Shown: positions 57,780 to 64,000 of the stretch, piece by piece
How positions within the stretch are numbered: the stretch's first letter is position 1
Layout: each line of letters begins with the position of its first letter
NCBI RefSeq assembly: GCF_009914755.1
Contig: NC_060932.1
Length of the DNA: 64,000 nucleotides
From: the human T2T-CHM13v2.0 reference genome, Homo sapiens
Strand: one strand, 5' to 3'
Program-made: the position numbers and the translations under genes
Notes under the pieces: generated by a model
The model's database searches: none
Told to the model about the DNA's origin: nothing
Seen by the model: the letters and a program-made list of their open reading frames with translations, nothing else

Positions 57780-59790
57780 TTTTCATTTTTTTTGTTTGTC
57801 ATTTTCAATTAGTTATCTTGGTAGATGTGAATTGGTATTTCAATATGGTTTTGATTTGCATTCTCCTAATAACAGATGATGCTGAACATCTTTTTGTGTG
57901 CTTATTTGTATATCTTCTTCGGAGAAATGCCTATTCAAATCTGTTGCCTATTTTTAAATTGGGTTATTTGTCCTTATATTTTTGAGTATAAATGTTCTTT
58001 ATATGTTCTAAATACAAGTCCTTTATAAGATATATGATTTGCAAATATTTTCTGTCATTCTATAGGCCATCTATTCACTTTCTTGATGGTATTCTTTTTC
58101 TTTTTTAAAATTGTAGATTCAGGGAGTTCATATTCAGGTTTGTTACATGGGTATATTGCATAATGCTGGGGTTTGGGCTTCTGTTGAACTCATCACTCAA
58201 ATAGTGAACATAGTACCCAATAGGTATTTTTTCACCCCTTCCTCCCCTCCCCCCATTGCCTATCGTTCCCATTTTTATGTCCATGTGTACTTATTGTTTA
58301 GCTCCCACTTACAAGTGAGAACATGTGGCATTTGATTTTCTGTTTCTGCATTAATTCACTAAGGATAATGACCTCCAGCTTCATCCATGTTGTTGGAAAG
58401 TATATGATTTCATTCTTATTTATGGCTAAGTAGTATTTCATGGTGTATATGTTCCACATTTTCTTTATCTAATCCACCATTGATGGTCACTTATGTCGAT
58501 CCCATGAATTTGTTATTGTGAATAGTGCTATGATAAATATAGGAGTGCAGGTGTCTTTTTAATAGAATTATTTCTTTTCCTTTGGGTGTATACCCAGTAG
58601 TGGGATTGCTGGATTAAATGGTAGTTCTATTTTTAGTTCTTTAAGAAATCTCTATCCTGTTTTGCATAGGAGTTGAACTAATTTTCATCTCCATCAACAG
58701 TGTATAAGCATTCCCTTTTTTCTGCATCCTCACCAATATGTTACTCTTTATGTTTTAATCATAGCTGTTCTGACTGGTGTGAGATGGTATTTCATTGTGG
58801 TTTTAATTTGCATTTCTCTGATGATTAGCGATGATGAGCATTTTTTCATATGTTTGTTGGCCGCATGTATGTCTTCTTTTGATAAGTGTCTGTTCATGTC
58901 TTTTACCCACTTTTTAATGGGATTATTTGTTTTTTGTTGTTGTTGGTTTAAGTTTCTTACAGATTCTAGATACTAGGCCTTTGTCGGATGCATAGTTTGC
59001 ACATTTTCTCCCATTCTGTAAGTTGTCTGTTTACTCTGTTAATTGTTTCTTTTGCCGTACAGAAGCTCTTTAATTAAGTCCCATTTGTCAATGTTTGTTT
59101 TTGTTGCATTTGCCTCTGCGGTCTTAGTCACAAATTATTTGCCTATGTCCAGAAGAGTTTGTCCTAGGTTTCCTTCTAGCATTTTTAAATTTGAGGTCTT
59201 GCATTTAAGTCTTTAATCCATCTTGAATTGATTTTTGTATATATTGAGAGGTAGAGGTCCAGTTTCATTTCTCTGCATATGTCTAGCTGGTTATCCCAAA
59301 ACCAGTTATTTGATAGGATGTCCTTTCCCCATTGTTATTTTTGTCAACTTTGTCAAAGGTCAGTTGGTTTTAGGTATGTGGCTTTATTTCTGGGTTCTCT
59401 ATTTGTTCCATTGATCTAAGTGTTTTTGTACCAGTACCATGCTCTTTTGGTTACTATAGCTTTGCTTGGAGTCAGGTAAAGTGATGCTTCTGGCTTTGTT
59501 CTTTTTGCTTAGGATTGCTTTGTTTATTTGGGCTCTTTTTGATTCCTTGATGGTGTTCTTTGAGCACAACAGTTTTAAATTCCGATAAAGTCCAAGTTAT
59601 TTAGGGTTTGGTTTTTGTTTTTGTTTCTATTTTTCTTTTGGTGTCATGTCTAAGAAACCATTGCCTAATCCAAGATCATGAAAATTTATTCCTATATTTT
59701 TTTGGTAAGAGTTTTGTAGTCTTAGCTCTTACATTTAGGCCTGTGATTCATTTTGAGTTAGTTTTTGTATATGGTATGAGCTTAAGGTGA
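57780..59790 (-). mobile_element. L1M ORF2/3' fragment, split by a younger L1P (58098-59543)
   Basis: The inner element has an L1PB/late-L1PA 3'UTR (CAGGTTTGTTACATGGGTATATTGCATAATGCTG). TSD T(T/C)CTTGATGGT(A/G)TTCTTT. Confidence 0.85.
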
Positions 59791-59889
59791 AACATTTATA
59801 AAACCATTTTTATAAAACAAGAAGGTTTTTATTATACCTAAGCAGTATACTTCCTCCCTTAGGTTTAGCTCATTTTCCTTCAGTAAAGA

Positions 59890-60610
59890 TTTGTTCATTC
59901 ATTTATTCAGCAATGATTTGTTGAGCAACTGTTTAGTGCCTGGCTCAAGCATACTGTGTGAAGGAGAATAAGGTGTAGTGTTTATTTCCAGTGAGCTAAC
60001 ATTGGAAGAGAAAAAAAGAGAAGGAAATCAACAATTACTGCATGCTACAGCAATAGGAGGGGTGCTTAATTCTGCTTGAGGAGGTCAAGGGAGAGTGTTT
60101 CTCTGGAGAGATAATGACTGACTTAAGTATTGGAGAATGGAGTAAAATTTATCAGGTGCATGAGTGTGGTGGGAGAAAGACGATATTCCAGGAAAGTGAA
60201 AGCACATGTAAGAAAGTCACAGAGCCCATGAGGAAGCATGGTGCATTTGCAGACATGAACATGGGGTTGTTATTTTTCAGGGCATCATACTGGGAAGTTG
60301 TAGTACAGTTCTGGTAACAAAAGCAAAACAAAACAAAACAAAAACAAACAAGAAAAACACAAGTGAACAGACCTTGTTCAGGAAGTCCTTTGCTACAATG
60401 TAGTTTAGAAGTTATTAAAGGCTTAACTGAATCTGAGTTAGTGAAAATGAAGGGGGGATGTAGATTCAAGGAATACTTAGAAAAGTTGAATTGATGGGAG
60501 CTGGTAATTGATTAGATTTGGACAGTGAAAAGGAGATGCCTAGGACACAGCTTTGGAGTATGGGGGGATTGGAGCACAGTTCACTGAGATGATGAATTCA
60601 GTTTGGGACC
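59890..60610 (-). mobile_element. L2 relic
   Basis: TTCATTCATTTATTCAGCAA..GATTTGTTGAGCA; GATGAATTCAGTTTGGGAC. Confidence 0.65.
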
Positions 60611-62244
60611 TAACTATGGTTTCTAAACTTATCTACCACATTTTAAGTAACCCTGAACCAGATCCAAAGCTTTCAAGAGTTCCAAATAATGTCATTTAAG
60701 TGCTTTACTCTTCAAAGTCGAATTCAGTTCTTTTATATTTGAATTATTAAAACAGAAGAGTTTCTTATTGCTAACACATGTCTGAATCAGGCTCATAGTC
60801 CTTTCCCTACCTCTGTTCTGCCTTAAAATTTTTTTTTTCCCTTTTCAATACTCTTTTAAAAATTTGTGTTGAACTAGCCTATCACAGGCTGGGGAAAGAA
60901 AGAACAGAGAAGTTCTGACTCCCAGCACTGCTTTTCCCCACTGCTTCCCTTTGTGGAGTTTTGTCTCCATGTTGAAGAACTTGCCAGATTCCAATGGATG
61001 CAAAAGAATTTGCTTTTCTATTTGTTCCCTTCGTAAAAGCATTGCATGGAACTAGCAGATGCCTCACAAGGAGAAAATACTGCTTGTTAGAATAGGAAAT
61101 GCAGATAATTGGCATGCTTCCTTTCCTGTCTGCCAACACTGGCCTGAAAACAAGCCATCATTGAGTGCAGCTTTTCCTCAGTGCAGCTGTGGCTCCCAGC
61201 ACTCAGTGTCTGTTCTTTGGGGATTAGAAACACATTGATCTGAGCTGTAAAAGCTGATGGCTAAAGACAGTTCAATTGCATAAGTCATCTAAGAGGCTGT
61301 AACTAATGAATGCACTGTTCGGTCAGTGGTGCTGTCTGGGTGGTGAGTGAGCCAGCTCTTTGCTTCTGTTTCTCCTTTGCCGTGACGCAGCATTTCAATG
61401 GCAAGGTAGTGAGCATCCTTATGACGGGGCCAGGAGATCCAAAGGGAGCCAGAGAGGCAGTGTGTATGTGTCTCCTTCACTAGAGTGTAAGCTGCTTGAG
61501 GACAGGGGAGTAGAATTTATTTCTGTATTTCCCATAGCACCTAGCATGGTGTTCTTCCAGGAGAAAAGTTAGTTTACTTTGATTCACCTAAGTAGCCTTG
61601 CTCTGAGAAGGTGGCAGATTGGCTTCATCTTTGATTCCCTCTCTTTCTTGGCTCATTCTCAGGTGAGTTAATGGGGCTTGAAGTGGGCATTTGAGCTATG
61701 ACACCAGATGTCTAGAGAGAGCAGGCACAGGATTTCCTTCTCCCTGGTATCTGGAGAGGGCTGAGGGACCAGCAGAAGAGGAGAACTTGCCTCACCTTGA
61801 GGTCTAGGCAACACTGACTTTCCTGGTTTCCCATGGAGGCTGAAGCTGAAGAACTGCTGCCTATATTACTTTCATCTGGTGATCCTGATGGCCCCCTCCC
61901 TGAGCCTCAGTCGTGTTGTCCTGGTGTGCTGGCTGGCTTGGGGGTCCATCTGCTCATGATGGTCCACTTCCACCCATCACTGGTTTGCCAATGTGCCAAA
62001 GCCCCCAACAGCCTAACTTGGTTGCTTGCAGGGCTGGGGTGGACACAAAAGCATGAACAAAAACCACAGTCCCTGGATATGAAAGCCAAGTGGGACATCT
62101 GGCCCAGGTGACTCTCTCCAAAGCTAAGCTCTTTCCATAAACAAGGTAAAAAGGAACTTGAACAAAATACATCACAAAAAGTCCTAAGGCATTGAAATCA
62201 CAGCATTAAAAAGGCTTTCTGAAACAAAAGAACTATAATTTTTA

Positions 62245-62620
62245 AAGAAATTCAGCAGATGCATTTTGAACACTTAGTATTAAAAAAAACCTTATGCTAA
62301 GTGCAACGAATACAGTGATGACTGGGATTGTCTCTTCTCTCGAGGAGTTTACAATCTATTGAAGAAGACAGACTTATGGATAACTAGACATGGTACAAAG
62401 GAAGATGACATCAGAACTTATGTAAAGTAGGAAGAAAGTGTTTTGCGTATAGAAGCAGGAGCTATTAGTTCTAAATGGCAGATAACGGAACGTTTGCCGA
62501 GGAAGTGTTGTTGCAGCTCAGTTCTGAGGGATGAGAAAGGTCTCAGCAGTGGGAGGATGAGGGGAAGGACAGGCAGGGCTGTGAGGAGTGCTGGGCTTGG
62601 GGAACCGTGTGTGCAGTCCT
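62245..62620 (-). mobile_element. L2 relic
   Basis: ATTCAGCAGATGCATTTTGAACAC..GAGGAGTTTACAATCTA..GAAGACAGAC. Confidence 0.5.
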
Positions 62621-64000
62621 GTGAGGCTGGAGAGAAGTCACAGGAGATGCAGCTGGAAAGAGGATTCATTCCACAGGTACAGAATCAGCATCAGGGACCT
62701 AAGACTGGCATCAGGCACACGTAGTTTTCAAGGCTCATTCTATCACTCACAGCTGTGTGACCTTCTGCAATGGCATTGTTACCATGAAAAGAGAAATGCT
62801 GTAAGAACTAGGAATAATATATGCACAGGGTGTAAGGTACACCGTGGTCTCTTGGGGTAGGTTTGCTGTCTGAATAAACAACCCAGAGAGAGGCATGCGT
62901 TATCTCCATTTTTATAGTTGGGCTATTCGAGATGGAAAGAGTTGAAATAGCTTGTTTAAGCTGTTTCAACAAGTAAGAATTCCTGTCCAGATGTGAGCCC
63001 ACCTTCTGCCCCGTGAAATACACTGCTCCGTGGGGAGAAGGCACAATGTGCGGAGGGGCAGTATAAACAACGTGTGTCACTGCCTTCAGAGTGTGCAGTC
63101 TGGCTTGTTAAACATGAAGGTTGGACTGCAAAACAGAAGGGGCCACACAGTGGCAGTGCTAGAGGGGCTTAGAGGAGGCATAGTCCCAGTGAGGGGAAGT
63201 GGTGGTGGGGACTTCCTGGAGCTGGACCCCTGGAGTTGCTGAAGACAGCAAGCAGAGAGGGAACCCCTGAGTGTTGGCTGCTCTAAGGACCCAGTGTCTA
63301 AGGAATGAGGAACTTACTCCCCTGGCTGTCAGACGTGCTGCAGGAAGATGGCCCTCAGCTGCCAGTCCTTTGGGGACTACCTCGCCCACAGTCTCACCTC
63401 CTTCCACACCCAGGAACTGAGGCTTGGGTCTTTTGCCCAACTTGTGCCAACTCTGAAGGCTCTCTCAGAGCTCAAGGTCCCCATGGAGTCAGCTGAGGTC
63501 CTCTTTGGGGCTGCGCCTGGGGCAACCTCTCCCTCTCCTGCTCTGTCCCCACCACAGGTGCTGGCCAAGAGCACTAATAGGCATCTGCATGTCTGCCAAT
63601 CTCTGTTTTATCTTCCCAGGGAACCCAACCTGTGACATCCAGATCTGGATCATAGCTTGTAGCTTTGGACTGCAGCTGAGTCTGTAGGATGCAGCCCACT
63701 CCTGGGTGCTGGGTGGTGAGAGAGGGGGATCAACATAGATGGCTGATGGATACCCCAGAGCCTGCTAGTGTGTTTTCACACAGGACCTGGGGCCTACCAT
63801 CCCCCACCTCCCACCCACCCCCTTAACATTCTTTTCTGGGAGGGACACATTCTTTTACGCCTGATGGGTCAGAGCTGAGGGTATGTGTGTGGTGGGGTAG
63901 GGTGGTGGTCAGGGTGAGGGAGGACTCCAAAGTGGAGGCGCTGTCTTCCACAGGAGTCTGTAGCCCACACTCAGTGGAGAGAGGAGCAGAATGTGGGAAA

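Overview
This is primate (human or hominoid-like) non-coding genomic DNA, and more than half of it is transposable-element debris. I find no credible protein-coding gene, RNA gene or prokaryote-type system. Every ORF with recognisable protein similarity is a fragment of the decayed L1 at 1-5908, or an Alu, LTR or L1 reading artefact. The main contents are: a near-full-length dead L1PA7/8-like LINE-1; seven ERV1-class solo LTRs packed into about 11 kb (15.4-26.3 kb), several with visible 4-bp target-site duplications (TSDs); 18 Alus, 15 of them on the minus strand; many MIR and L2 relics; hAT elements (MER58, MER30, MER5, Charlie4a); and nested L1M/L1P stacks at 32.9-35 kb and 54.9-59.8 kb. The most interesting arrangement is a complete minus-strand LTR12 (ERV9) inserted inside an Alu, with its promoter pointing into a head-to-head inverted Alu pair, so it is a candidate inducible dsRNA source. 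Other oddities are a 75-bp tandem duplication split by an Alu, a self-complementary insert beside an L1 deletion, serial L1 insertions at one target, a 28-bp direct repeat 2.3 kb apart, and plus-strand exon-like segments at 9-12 kb. Subfamily names come from recalled consensus sequences and need RepeatMasker/Dfam confirmation.
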